Part shown: positions 1 to 12,950 of the stretch, in pieces
How positions within the stretch are numbered: position 1 is the first letter of the stretch
How the letters are laid out: every line of letters starts with the position of its first letter
NCBI GenBank assembly: GCA_951406725.2
Contig: OX597815.1
Location: 153,698,001-153,762,000, forward strand
Direction of reading: 5' to 3'
DNA from: Octopus vulgaris
Lineage: Eukaryota
Length of the DNA stretch: 64,000 bases
The notes under the pieces: model-generated
Told to the model about the DNA's origin: nothing
Database searches by the model: none
The model's input: only the letters and a program-made list of their open reading frames with translations
Position numbers and translations under genes: made by a program

Positions 1-79
1 CGTTTCGAAATTAAGTTTTAGGAAAGCATAAGAATTAGATAATTATATCTTACCCAACTTCTTTTCTCATCAGCGTAGG
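1..79 (-). ncRNA. Second copy of the same hammerhead, cut by the window edge
   Basis: Identical to 585-663 (stem I 5' arm, CTGATGA, stem II, GAAAC). The cleavage site would lie just outside the window. Confidence 0.75.
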
Positions 80-572
80 ACACTACAATTATAAATAATT
101 GTATATTAAATTTCGAGATACTAGAAGGCATCATCTCAACTCAGTATCAGAGCGAGCTAAAAGCTGTTACCAGTATCACCAAATTCAAAGTGTGAATGAA
201 AGTTTGTGTCACCAGCCCCTTCCCACCCGCGTGTAGCCAAGACAAGATGCTGCGGTCATTTACTGGGATGAAATATGGTTATCAGTAACAATATAGGGTG
301 AAATTAATTAATTTGGAATAATTATTAATTACACCAAGTAGATTTCGGCATGTAAAAGCCTCATTCGAGGAAAATTTAAGTAATACTAAGCAATTAAGGG
401 TTTAGCAACGAATTGCCTCACCACACACCGAATTTAGAAATAGCAGTCAAAGAGTTATAGCTATTCTTTCTACTAAAAGGGAGATCTCAGTAAAAACACA
501 GCACTTGAATGGCAAACACAGACAGGTAAGAGAGAATGAAATGACGGCAATCTATCATACAATTTTAAGTCA

Positions 573-663
573 CCTACGGACGTACGTTTCGAAATTAAGT
601 TTTAGGAAAGCATAAGAATTAGATAATTATATCTTACCCAACTTCTTTTCTCATCAGCGTAGG
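573..663 (-). ncRNA. Type I hammerhead ribozyme (minimal stem III, extended stem II)
   Basis: Minus strand reads CCTACG-CTGATGA-GAAA...TTTC-GAAA-C-GTAC-G-TC^-CGTAGG: stem I CCTACG/CGTAGG, intact core, palindromic GTAC loop, GUC cleavage between 579 and 578. Confidence 0.85.
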
Positions 664-1029
664 ACACTACAATTATGAATAATTGTATATTAAATTTCGA
701 GATACTAGAAGGCATCATCTCAACTCAGTATCAGAGCGAGCTAAAAGCCGTTACCAGTATCACCAAATTCAAAGTGTGAATGAAAGTTTGTGTCACCAGA
801 CGCACAGAATAACAGCAATCAATTAACGACAGCGGCGGGCACATCAAACAACAGCAATCTGACTGTCGCCTGTACTTTTGACAAGAGATGCCAGTTAGTC
901 TTTTATACCTACCTGGCTCGTTCGTATTAGCCCGACTTAATGGATAACTTTTCGCTCCTTTCAGAATATTGTAGAACGGAAACTTTTCATAGACTGGAAT
1001 TTAAATCCTAGTCTCTATAGAAATTTATT

Positions 1030-1230
1030 GTTTCAAGAAAACATTGAATTTGAATTACTTATAATTTTTACGATTATAGATAACAACTCGGGCTGTAACT
1101 TATGAGCCCGATTCAGGCACATGTGGACGATGTCGAGAGAACGTCTGCTACGAATGAAAAAAATACAAAAATCCTTGTATAGAACTGTGCGCTTCACAGT
1201 CCCAACGATGTGGTCCGAGATAGGAAGCCG
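1030..1230 (-). mobile_element. Possible decayed 3' end of a Penelope-like GIY-YIG ORF
   Basis: SDHIV...KDFCIF...RSLDIVH...HKLQPEL loosely resembles the PLE endonuclease C-terminus. It lies 5' of the hammerhead repeat on the same strand. Confidence 0.35.
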
Positions 1231-1236
1231 CACGCT

Positions 1237-1303
<67 letters not shown>

Positions 1304-1604
1304 TTTGGTTCACGCAGTGCCGACTCTGGTGTGCTGGTGTAAGGTAGTGTTTCTTTTTGATTCCGCGAATGTTGTGCTTAAAAACGTGTTTATATTCTTG
1401 AATGTGATAAAGTGTAGAATTAGATTATTATCCTGCTTCCAGCTACAGTGTTGATGACAGGATATGAAAAATAGGACAGATTAACCCCACTTATTTTGTG
1501 ATTTAGGAGGGATTTTTGAAAAACAAGGGGTAATTCGCGGCGGTGTTCAGTGAACAAATTAAACGCTACCCGGCAATGGCTAAAACGCAATCCGATCAAA
1601 TTTA

Positions 1605-1783
1605 GGCGGAGGTAAAGAATACGTACATAACCCATTTTCAACATAACAAAAACCCTAACCCTAAATCTAAAACTAACCCTAAACCCTAACCCTAACCCTA
1701 CACCCTAACCCTAAACCCTAACCTTAACCCTAAACTCTAACACTAACCCTAAACACCGGGTGTGCGTATTCTTTACTTTCGCT
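1605..1783. mobile_element. MITE with internal (CCCTAA)n-like array
   Basis: TIR GGCGGAGGTAAAGAATACGTACA / TGTGCGTATTCTTTACTTTCGCT; 9-bp imperfect TSD TCAAATTTA/TCAAGTTTA; telomere-like repeats at about 1651-1752. Confidence 0.7.
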
Positions 1784-3167
1784 TCAAGTTTATGTATAAA
1801 TTTTCTTTTTATATGTTTGTTTCGTTTTACACAATATTAAAACAACGGCTAAACATTTTCTGAAGCAGAACCCCAACTAATTTTGTCTACGAACCGCCAC
1901 TGGTGGTGGCCCCTATTTTGTATAATGTCATCAGCATTTCTCTCTTAATGAATATGAATCTAAAGTTAGGAAACACAGCAGAGGGTCCTATTGCCCCAGA
2001 GGAAAATACTCAGACCTTGCCAGATGTTGGCATATATCTCTCATTTCCAGTATCTTTTAGCTTTTCAGCCATTGGACTGCAGCCATGCTAGGGTACCGCC
2101 ACAAAAGGTTTAATTGAATAAATCGGCTCTAGTATTTATTTTTAATAATGTCTGGTACTTCTGTCTATATCTTTGCCGAACATTTAAGTAATGAGGATAT
2201 AATCAAACATCGATTGTCAAATGGAGGGAGGCGAACGCATCGCACGCATGCGCACACACATATGTACGATGGGCTTCCACACAGTTTCTGTCGATCAAAT
2301 TCGCTTACAAGGCACTGGTCGGCTCAAGGCTATAGTGGAAGGTGCCTAAATTGCCACATAGTGGGACTGAACCCGAAACCATGTGGTTGCAAAGCAAGCC
2401 TTTAGCTTACTAAGTTCTTTTCTTTCTCCATATATCTCAATTTCCATAGAAGCAGTTTGATCTGAGATCGTTAATCTACTCTACTTGTGTTTTTTTTAAC
2501 CTCTTTTATTAAAAATTTCCTGTATCGTAAACTTGATTTGCACCCAACAACAAGTCAGTCATCTTTGGCGTACCTCAACAGATGGGTGATATTTGTATAC
2601 ATTTTCGCTTCTATATAAACCATCCGACTGCTGTTAATTCTAGCCACACACACACACACACACGATCACGTAAACATCAGTTTTCATTACTTTTACAAAT
2701 ATTATTCACATACCACGTAAACATTTCCCACGAGGCATGCTTATCATTCAATGAACACACTCACACGCACACTGTAAATCACACTGTAAACTTTGAGAAT
2801 TGAAACTGTAAAATTTTTTTTTCAGTATGACTTGTCGACCACCACTGAAATTAATGAACCTTGTACATTCTAACAAATTAATATACAGTTTTAATTTCAA
2901 GCTTACACCTTCTGTTTTGAACACGATAATTTATCAGCATTGAGATATTTTAATTTAATTTTGATTTGTCCACATTGAAACTTATAACGATGTTTTTACA
3001 CTTTTACCATTGATAAACAAAAAAATATTGTTGAAACTAGTTTGGTTCGTATGTAAATAAATGTATTTTAAACATTCATGAGTTATTGAAATTTAAGTGT
3101 ATTTTCAGCAACACATTTTCCTATATATTTCTTTCCTGTGTGGAAACACCACTCCCTCTTTTTGCTA

Positions 3168-3204
<37 letters not shown>

Positions 3205-5107
3205 CAAAAAAAAAATGAACATTACAAGTAATACCATACCTTATAAAATGAATAGGATATATAAACTAAATAACTAATTCTGCTTTAAAAGAAAATCAAG
3301 GGTGACAGCTTAGAAAATTTTGAATAATGATTTCTCATTTAGGCACAAGGCCAACAATTTGTGGGGAGGGACAAGTGGATTAAAGCGACCCAGTACATTA
3401 CTGGTGCTGTATTTTATCGACCTCGTAAGAATGAACTGTAAGGCTAACCTCTGCGGGATTGAACTCAGAACGTACTGGGCTATAACTCTATGCTGCAAGG
3501 CACGTTACACAAGGCCAGTAATTTAAAGGGAAGGGGAAAGTCGATTAAACTGATTCCCGTTACTAGTACAAAACAACAAGCTCAGGAATTCATTATTATT
3601 TTGACTGACACAAATTGTGAATCAGCATGACCCCCCCCCCCCGCCAATAAAAACAGATGATAGGAATGGGAAGAAAACGTGGAGTGTTCTGTTTGTTTTC
3701 ACAACACATGGAAAAAGAATATTTATCCACAGTATATGTAGCCAACGTTCATGCGAGTGAGTCTTTAACAATTTAGGACATTGATAACCTTCAGCCCTAA
3801 GAAGATTAATCATTTCGCGACACAACACACCTGCTTCGGGACAGAGAAATCAAGAAAATTGCTGTCAGAAAATATGTTTTACAACCAGCCAGAGTTTGTA
3901 AAAACTTGAGGCTGGACAACTACGTACCACAGTCTGTAACATAACGAATTGTTTATCCTTACAGGACAAGCTTTTTACGGAATAAACATTTAACAACATC
4001 AACACGGCTGAAGTAATTTCTCTTTGAACTTTTTCTTATAACATCATAGCAGAGAAAAGAGTATTTCGTGGTGCGACGAATAGAAATTATTCTATAGAAG
4101 AAAAGCAAGCACCTGCTATCGTTGAGAACAAATGCTAAGAGGAGTGTAACTGAATAAGAGCAAATGAAAGGGAAAACTCATTGGGATGATAAAATGAAAC
4201 GTCATGACCCACGAACCCCGAAACTCTAACTGATTTTGGCTTACAGAGTTCTTGTATTTATAACTATTCAAAACTAGCTAGAAAAAATATATATTGCAGA
4301 AAACAATAGATATTCTTAATTCAACTCTCCACTGCATACAAGAGGGTAGAAGGGTCAAGTGACAAAGACATAAATCGGCTTAGCGAGGCCATGTGCTCAT
4401 TGTAACTGCTGTCAATTATTGTTTTCCTCTGAGAAAAATGTTGTTGCCATGTTAAGGGAAATTGGGAGATTCCGGTTCGAATCTACTCAATTCCTAAATG
4501 AAGTCATTACAAATCTTTTGAAGGTGATTGACCCATCTGAAGAAATTCCCATGGAGGTTTCGCAGGAGCCAAAGCACGGTCGGTCAAATATGATGACAGG
4601 AAGCTCTATTTCTCTTGTAGGAATCAGCAGTGATGATCAGGTTAAGAAAGATGCCCTGCTTCTTGAAAAAATACAGAAAGTGTTGGATGAAAACGAGACC
4701 TCTACACTTTTCTTGCCATATCGAAGCAAACTCATGTCAACTGTCAGTGAAACTCGGCTCGGCGATCCGTGAAGAAGCGAATATCGAAACCGAGCCTGCA
4801 GAAGGACAGTGACGAAAAATCATGAGTCTACCATTTATACCTATTTACGGAGTGCTATGTTTTATTATGTATAGTATAATAATTACTGCAAGTTCACTAA
4901 ACGGTAATTATATGTTGCTTGCATCAATATCTGTTTAATCCACAACATTAAAAAGAATATCACATAATTACCATTATTAACAAATGTTTTATTTTTATTG
5001 TCCAAATGTATATCTTAACTAAAGTGAACGTTTGAAGCACACGTATGTGTTAATTTCACTTGCCTCGAGTTAGTTTCTTTTGCCTCGTTGTATCGTTATA
5101 TGTGCTT

Positions 5108-8087
5108 TATTTATTGACGTATAAAACTAGAAATGCTTAGGGAATAACTCAGAGTTTGTTTATTCTCTAAACAGGGAAAGGGAAGGTGAGAAATGAAACT
5201 ATACACAAGAGATAAATAGGAAAGATAGAAATAGATCAGGAAAGGGTGAACGAAACCGGTTTATAAAACAAAATTAGAAAAGAAATAGAGTTTAAATAGC
5301 ATAATAAATAAATAATTTTCGTACAGTTATTGATTCCCCCCACCATTTATTCCAACCCACCTGCTTATATGAATTTGAACAAATGTCCAACCTACCCGCT
5401 TATTCCAACACCACCCTTAATTTTTGGGACTCGAGAATAAATAGCTGGGGGTTTAAAAAATTAAGGGAGACAACCTAGAAAATTTTAAAATTTTATTGTT
5501 ACCACCATACAATTACTGATTTTCCAACCCCTCCCTGTTTATTCCAACACCCCCACCGTTTATATGAGTTTAAGCAAATAACCAACCAACCTGCTTATTC
5601 CAACTCCTCGTATTATTTGGGACCCGAGAGTATGTGTTCGTTTGTGTGTGTGTGTATGTGTGTGTGTGCATGTGTGTGTGTGTAGTTATGTATGTATGTA
5701 TGTATTTGAATATGTAATATGCATGTATATACACTCACAGAAAAATACATGTATAGTATATTTTTAAATGGATTTATTCATAAATCTTTGTATTTTTCTC
5801 ATTTTTGCTCACATATTTTACATTTTACACATATTTTCCATCAGATAAAGCTTCTCCATCGAGACGAAGTATAATGTGAACAAGGCCACGTGTGTATAGC
5901 AGAATACATCGCAACAGGTTCACTAGCAGCAAAAAGCCTTTGAAAGTTATAAGTATACATATTAATATTGAAAAACGAAAAAATATATATATTACAAGAG
6001 GCTTAAAGCTAATAGGTAAGACTGTGTTTGAAAAGATATAATATCTAAGTAAACTGTACATACGAGCAGAGAAAAAACCAAATAGAACTTAACAAAGAAA
6101 AGCAACGATCACAGACAGGACAGGCCGGTGTATTCAAAAGAGTTCTCTTACTCAAAAACTAGCCCAGGGTAGGGGAGATAATAAAAAAAGAATAGGAACA
6201 CAAAAATGAATATATCAAGGAGAAAATTATTATAAATTTCCAAGTGATAGAAAAGAAAAACGTATACACTTAACACATAAGGATATACAGTCATACATAG
6301 ATACATACATATTTCAATTATAATTACTATGATTATAATTTTTTTCTTGCATATTTGTATTGACTTTCGAAACGTGCGTATGTATTGAATCCATTTTTGT
6401 ATTAAATCTCATTTTGATTCAACATCTTTTTTTCCCTCCATTTTTTAATACGTGTTTATGGCATATTTATACCAATAACGAAATTTTTCAAATGCTATTT
6501 TCATATTCTTATTACTTACTCTGGCTGATTTTTATGAATATGATGAATCTTTATTAGAAATCAGTTTTTCTCTCTCTTTGGATCTCTCAAAAAGTTTGTG
6601 TGTGTGTGTGTGTTGGAGGCGCACTAAGCAGCAATAATTAAAATAAAGTAGTGTGCAGTTATATTTAACACTTATGTATACTCGAATATGCAAAGATCTT
6701 CGCTGCGAAAAATATTTTCTGAGAGAAATTCTCTTTGTAGGCAATGTGTGTAAAGATTCACTGCACTGATCTATAAATGACGTCATCATTCTGCAGGAAA
6801 TATGTTTCTGTATCATTACCTTAGTTCAGCTGCAGACGCCAAAGGCTGAATCTATCATTTATAGCCTACTGAGAATTGATGTTCTTAGAACAGATTGGAA
6901 ATTTACTGAAGTTTGTAGAGCTTGGTCGAGCTGGAATTAATTAATTAAAGGTACACTAAGCGGCGATGGTTAAAGTATTTTGTGTTAAGGCATATTTAAT
7001 AGTTCGTGTACATTCAGATGTAGAGGGAGAGAGAGAGAGAGGGAGAAAGAGAGAATGGGAGAAAAAGAGAGAGAGAGAGAGGGAGAGAGAGATAGAGAGA
7101 TAGAGAAAAAGAGAGAGAGATGTCTTTATTATCCCTTTTCTATTATTGTATTTAGGCTTTAGATTTATGATATTGGATAAATTCGGGCGAGGCAGTTACG
7201 CCCTTCTTGTTAATACAAGCTGCAGCTGTGAATCGAACACAAACTTTTATCAATCAAGCATCAAACTGAAATGCGTAAAGGATTTAGGAAAGCTGGGCTT
7301 GATAGTCTATATTTTTAATAATACATCTTCGTAAATATTGGTGAAGCAGGGAAATAAAAAGAGAGAGGGGAGAAAGTAAGAGAGAAAGAGAGAGGGAGTG
7401 TGTGTGTGAGAGAGAGAGAGAGAATGGACTAAGTATACGGCATCTAAATATAAACTAAATTCTAAGTTCAGTCATATTCATACAATAAAATAAACCTCAT
7501 AGCGTTAGAAAGAAGAGAGAAGTTAAAATTTTCGGGTGGGGAAGCTTCGATGAAGGGTTGCAAACAAAACGTTAGACCATTCTTCTTCCTCACGGAATAG
7601 AACTTACTCTACTGTTTGAATTATTTGTACTACTCTTTACCGGCCCGGACCAGATCTAGTTTTTCTCGGCTTCTACAGTTTTAATAAACGTATCATGGTT
7701 GTTTAAGTGTGTTGTTCTTGCTATCTACTTCAACGTACCTACGTTTGAAAATTTCATTACAAACAAATTTGCTTCAAGCAAGCCGTTGACAAAAGATATT
7801 AGATTTCACTAAAGAACGAACAAGCTATATAGCTGTTTACCAATTCCACACGAAATACGAAGAAGGCGAGGAAAAATTTCACTTTATTTATTATGCTATT
7901 TAAACTCTATTTCTTTTCTAATTTTATTTTATAAACCGGTTTCTTTCACCCTTTCCTGATCTATTTCTATCTTTCCTATTTAGCTCTTGTGTATAGTTTC
8001 ATTTCTCACCTTCCCTTTCCCTGTTTAGAGAATAAACAAACTCTGAGTTATTCCCTAAGCATTTTTAGTTTTCTACGTCAATAAATA
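5108..8087. repeat. About 205-bp inverted repeat pair (5108-5312 / 7883-8087)
   Basis: The arms are reverse complements with about 5 mismatches; no TSD found. Confidence 0.9.
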
Positions 8088-8974
8088 TACAACATTGCAT
8101 ATAGTGAGCCAAAGAATTTTGATGAATTACTATTGCCCCCATAGCAAAGGGGAAAAAAACCTACCCATTAGCTTTGTGATTAATTCTGGTCAGGTAAAGC
8201 AAGGGCTGACAACTCAGAAATTATTATTTAAAATGAATTAATAACAGAATGTGAGTATTCAGTAGGGCGACTACTATCGAGCAACGAACTGCTAAAAAGC
8301 TATAGAAGATAGTATAATTAAATATATAAATAGAAGTAACATTGGTTTTTCGTACATATAATCTCTATTCAGGACTTTGTGTCTGCTGTATAGAGGTGAA
8401 AATTCATTAGGAATAGGATGTGGCGATTTAGTGGGTTTGATCTTGGCCGTACTATGAAAAATCAAAACATGTTTCGATTTTATTAGCCCCCCCCCCCCAA
8501 CAGCGCTAAAGTTTTAGTCATAAACACTGGCTGTCATCACATGATAGGATGGATGGGCTGGGATAGGGGAAAAGGAATACTCAGGAACACTATCTGTATG
8601 AAAAACAAGTAGTCAAGTTGGTGTTAGCATACTTAATATAGTGAAGCAAGAAATTTTAAAAAATAAAACCGTTAGCTTAATGATTAATTCTGTTCAAGAA
8701 AGTTAGGGGAGACAACTCCGAATACGATTCCTTTGCATTTATTCATCATTTTTCATTTCTTCTTTTATCTTATTACTTACCTCAGTCAATGGCCTGCAGC
8801 AAGGATGTGGGGTATCCTTTTAAAAATCTTAATCAGCTCCATAATGCTTATTCTAGTGATATCTTTGCCGATTAATTAAATTACGGTGATGCAAGTAACA
8901 CCAACACGAGTTATCGAGTGAGAGATAAGCACACAGACTGGCGCTCGCGTGCGCATACAAGCAATCGCACACTT

Positions 8975-9045
<71 letters not shown>

Positions 9046-9425
9046 CTCTCTCTCTCATGCACCCCCACCCCCACACACACATGCACACAAACATACATAC
9101 ACAACACACACACACGCACTCTCTCTCTCACACACACATACACGGAAAGTATTGGCAGTTAATCTTTAGAGGAAATTAGCGAAGTTGGATGGGAAAGATC
9201 TTATTGACAATTTATTTACGAAATTTCTTAGAAACATTGTTCCTTAGGTACATAAGTTTTTTTTTTACTGTGAGAACAAACAAAATTCTGTGACATTCAT
9301 GTCTATCTTATCAAGACATTAGCAGAGTAAATGAAGTGAGCTTGTATCAACAGCCAATAGAAGCTGAGTGGTTTGTCATGACTCGCGCAGGAACTCAACT
9401 CTTGTTTTAGACCACCTGACGTAAA

Positions 9426-9818
9426 TCTTTATATATAAAAGAGAAGTTGTGTGTCTGTCTCCTACGATTTAGATTCCTAACTACTCCCACATTTTGCGGT
9501 GCAGTTTAACCAAAAGCGGATATCTTATAGTCGTGATTCATATCGAGCCCTTCTGGGTATTAGCGCGCGTCTACGATGAGTCTACGATTAAAAAAAAAAT
9601 TTACCATAATTATTTTCTATTTCAATGCATTTTTTCACTATTATATAAGGGAAGTAACTCTCTAAAAATGTGTACGATGAGTCAACGATTTAAAAAAATT
9701 TACCATAATTTTTTCCCATTTTTAATGCATTTTTTTGCTATTTTTTGGCTATAACTCTAAAAATGCTTATATAGTTATTTCCCTTACAAACCCGAGCAAC
9801 GTCGGGCGATACTGCTAG
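9426..9818 (+). mobile_element. Non-autonomous Helitron
   Basis: A|TC start, subterminal hairpin CCCGAGCAACGTCGGG, CTAG|T end; second copy at 23770-24278. Confidence 0.75.
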
Positions 9819-10130
9819 TTTATAATAATATTAGCTGCGAACATTAGCCGAAGGCCGCAAATCTTGAATGGTGTTTTATTTTATCGAACCCAAAAGAATC
9901 AAATGCATGACTAGTATCAGCTTTGAACTAAGAAAGAAAATTGTCGCAAATAAATATTGGTTTCAAAATTTGGTACAAGGCCAGCAAATTCTGGCATTTT
10001 GTCCGGCGCTAAGCATTTTGTCCTGCGCCGTAACGACTCTGCCAACACACCGCAAATAAATAGTGCAAGGCTATTCGATGCTCCTACGATTTTCCCAACG
10101 AAAATACATAACTGTATTAATTGAGTGTAA

Positions 10131-10345
10131 AGGCACGTGGCCTAGTGGTTAGGGTGTTGCACTTACAATCGCAAAATCGTGGTTTCGATTCCCAGGGTTG
10201 TGTTCTTGAGCAAGGTACTTCATTTCACATTGTTCTGGTTCACTCAGATGTAAATGAGTAAACCTGCAATGAATTGACATCCCGTTCACGGGAAATGCTG
10301 CAACCTCTAGCAGTTACACGCCATGGAAACCGAGTAACTTGGTCA
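10131..10345 (+). mobile_element. tRNA-derived SINE
   Basis: A-box TGGCCTAGTGGT and B-box-like GGTTTCGATTCC followed by a non-tRNA body; 3' end approximate. Confidence 0.6.
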
Positions 10346-10419
10346 TAAGGAAGTAATGTAATTATATGAATCCAGATAAAAACGTCACAGGAAAAAAAGT
10401 AACGTGTAATGCCATCATA

Positions 10420-11597
10420 CGAGGGACGTTAAATAAGTAATGCCTCTGACCCACTTGCAGTTGTTTGATCTAGCAATTATTTATATCTCTATAGATTAAG
10501 TGGCAAATTACAGCTCTGAAATAATTGTGGTTTCTGATTTACAGGTGTTTGAACTGAGTCAAGTGTGAAATGGAGCCTGTTGAGTGTCGAGCAGTGATCC
10601 GGTTTTTGTATTTGAAAGGACGCACACCACGGGAGACTTTTGATGAAATGAAAGTAACTTATGGTGATGATGCCCAATCATATGACCTTGTAAAACCCTG
10701 GCATCGTGAATTCAGACATGGTCGAAACTCTGTAGAAACAGCTCCCATATCTGGTCGACCCCCTTCTGCCATTGATGAGGCATCTGTCCGTCAAGTTGAG
10801 GCTGCCATTTTGGAAGATCGACGCATGACAATTCGCCAAATAGCCCATCAGGTCAAGATTAGTACCGGGTCTGTGGAAACTATCATTCATGACCATTTGC
10901 ATATGCAAAAGGTGTCTGCCAGATGGATTCCCAGGTTGCTCACACCTTTCCAGAAGCAAGAACACGTCGAGTGCTCGAGGATGAATTTGGAGATGTGCCA
11001 AGAAGATGAGTCAAAATTTTTCAAAAGACTGATTACACAGGATGAAACCTGGGTCCATCACGATAATCCAGAGACCAAAGCCCAGTCAATGCAGTGGAAG
11101 CACCGTGACTCACCTCCTCCAAAGAAGGCAAGGACATGCTCACAGTCTTCTGAGACCAGGACGGAGTAGTGATGACAGATTTCCCGGCAAAGGGTACCAC
11201 AATTACAGGAGCCTATTATGCTTCACTTTTGAGGAAATTAAGAGAAGCTATCAAAATCAAGAGGCAGGGCAAGATCAGAAAAGGCATCCTCCTCCTGCAG
11301 GACAACGCTCCGGTCCACAACTCGCGTGTCGCCAGATCAGAAGCACAGGCGTGCGGCTATGAACTCCTCCCCATCCCCCCACAGATGATGCAGCCTTGAT
11401 TTCTGAAGTCACATCGTGGTTGGAGGACCAAGCCGGGGTCTTCTACAAGAACGGTCTCCAGAGCTGCATCAAACAATGGGAGAAATGCGTAACTCTAGGT
11501 GATTCCTATGTAAAAAAATACTAATAACTGTGCTAAGTTTCGTTGCTCTACTGCAATGGGAAGTGGGTCAGGGTCATTACTTATTGAACGCCCCTCG
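10420..11597 (+). mobile_element. Mariner transposon (irritans/Hsmar2-like) with defective transposase
   Basis: TA TSDs; TIR CGAGGGACGTTAAATAAGTAATG / CATTACTTATTGAACGCCCCTCG; ORF 10570-11169 with HTH, WIPRLL and TQDETWVHH; frameshifted LLQDNAPVH; internal deletions remove the YSPDLAP region. Confidence 0.93.
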
Positions 11598-11633
11598 TAT
11601 ATAAATAGTGTTGGCAATATGTATAATTCATAA

Positions 11634-12035
11634 GGTGGCGAGTGGGCAGAATCGTTAGCACGCCGGCCGGAATACTTAGCGGTATTTCGGCTGCCGTTAC
11701 GTTCAGTTGACTTTGCCTTTCATCCTTTCGGGGTCGATTAATTAAGCATCACTTACGCACTGGGGTCGATGTAATCGACTGAATCCGTTTGTCTGTCCTT
11801 GTTTGTCCCCTCTATGTTTAGCCCCTTGTGGGTAATAAAGAAATAGGTATTTCGTCTGTCTTTACGTTTTCAAATTCCGTCGTGGTCGACTTTGCCTTTC
11901 ATTCTTTCTGGGTCGATAAATTAAGTACCAGTTGCGTTCTGGGATCGATAAATTAAGTACCAGTTGCGTTCTGGGATCCCCCAAAATTTCAGGCCTTCCC
12001 CCAAAATTTCAGGCCTTGTACATAGAGTAGAAAAG
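11634..12035 (+). mobile_element. Cephalopod-type SINE cluster
   Basis: Family signature GACTTTGCCTTTCATCCTTTCGGGGTCGAT recurs at 29020-29700, 47324-47597, 48990-49210, 54826-55048 and 61220-61400. Confidence 0.7.
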
Positions 12036-12884
12036 ACTATGTACAAGTCATGTATTGTCGGTTAATAATTGATTTAAAATATTTTCTGTTTTATTATTTT
12101 GTTTATGTTTATTATTTTATTATGTTTATAAATTGTGACTGACTTCAATATTTTTGTTTGATTACCTGATTTTCTTTCCCAGACAAAATTGTGACTTTTT
12201 TCCTGTGACTTTATTACCGGCCACCGTAAATTAATTGTGACGTTTTTCACCTACGACTTTTTTTCCTAGCCAAAATTGTGACTTATTTTTCTGTGACTCT
12301 TTTTTCTTGTGACTTCATTACCGGCTACGAATAATATAGTTGTGTAAAGGCATGTGTACTGGCGTCTAAAATCAGTGTTTTGCCATATGACAGCCACAAG
12401 AAAGTATTTGTGAGCATATCCGAGTGATTGTGAAACATTTGTGAGGTCATGGAAGCAAAGTAGTAGGAGAACCGATGCCTGTAAATGAAGTTTATTTAAA
12501 ACCTTGATGAATTCCTTTCAAAGATATGAACTGAATTATAGAAATGCTGTGTATTTCATATTATTGCAATGCATTTTGATCATATATGAGAATAGCTACC
12601 ACATAATAGTATCCCTTTGCAGGTAAGAACTCTCTTTTAAACTAAGACAGTAGAGAGTAAGGAACGTTCGTTATTATCTTTTATTGCACTGCGGCCGTGT
12701 TTGGGTACTGTATGAACAAGTTTTAGTTGAATAAATCGACTACAGTACTAATGTCTTTTAAGTATTGCAACTTATTTTATCGGTAAATTTTGCTGAACCG
12801 CCAAGTTATGGGGACGGAGAGAAACCAGCATCGGTTATCAGGCAGTGTAGGAAGAGCACATATGCACACACACACACACGCACA

Positions 12885-12950
<66 letters not shown>

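Larger units (their letters stand above)
1..799. repeat. Direct repeat, period 584 bp (1-215 = 585-799), hammerhead-bearing
   Basis: Near-identical copies with about 2 substitutions seen; the left copy runs off the window. Confidence 0.9.

Noticed and set aside
340-372. Second hammerhead-like motif within the 584-bp unit (GAATGA-GGC..GCC-GAAA)
   Set aside because: The core is not CUGANGA and I found no stem I or III.
10131-10200. tRNA gene
   Set aside because: A/B boxes are present but there is no complete cloverleaf, and it continues into a SINE body.
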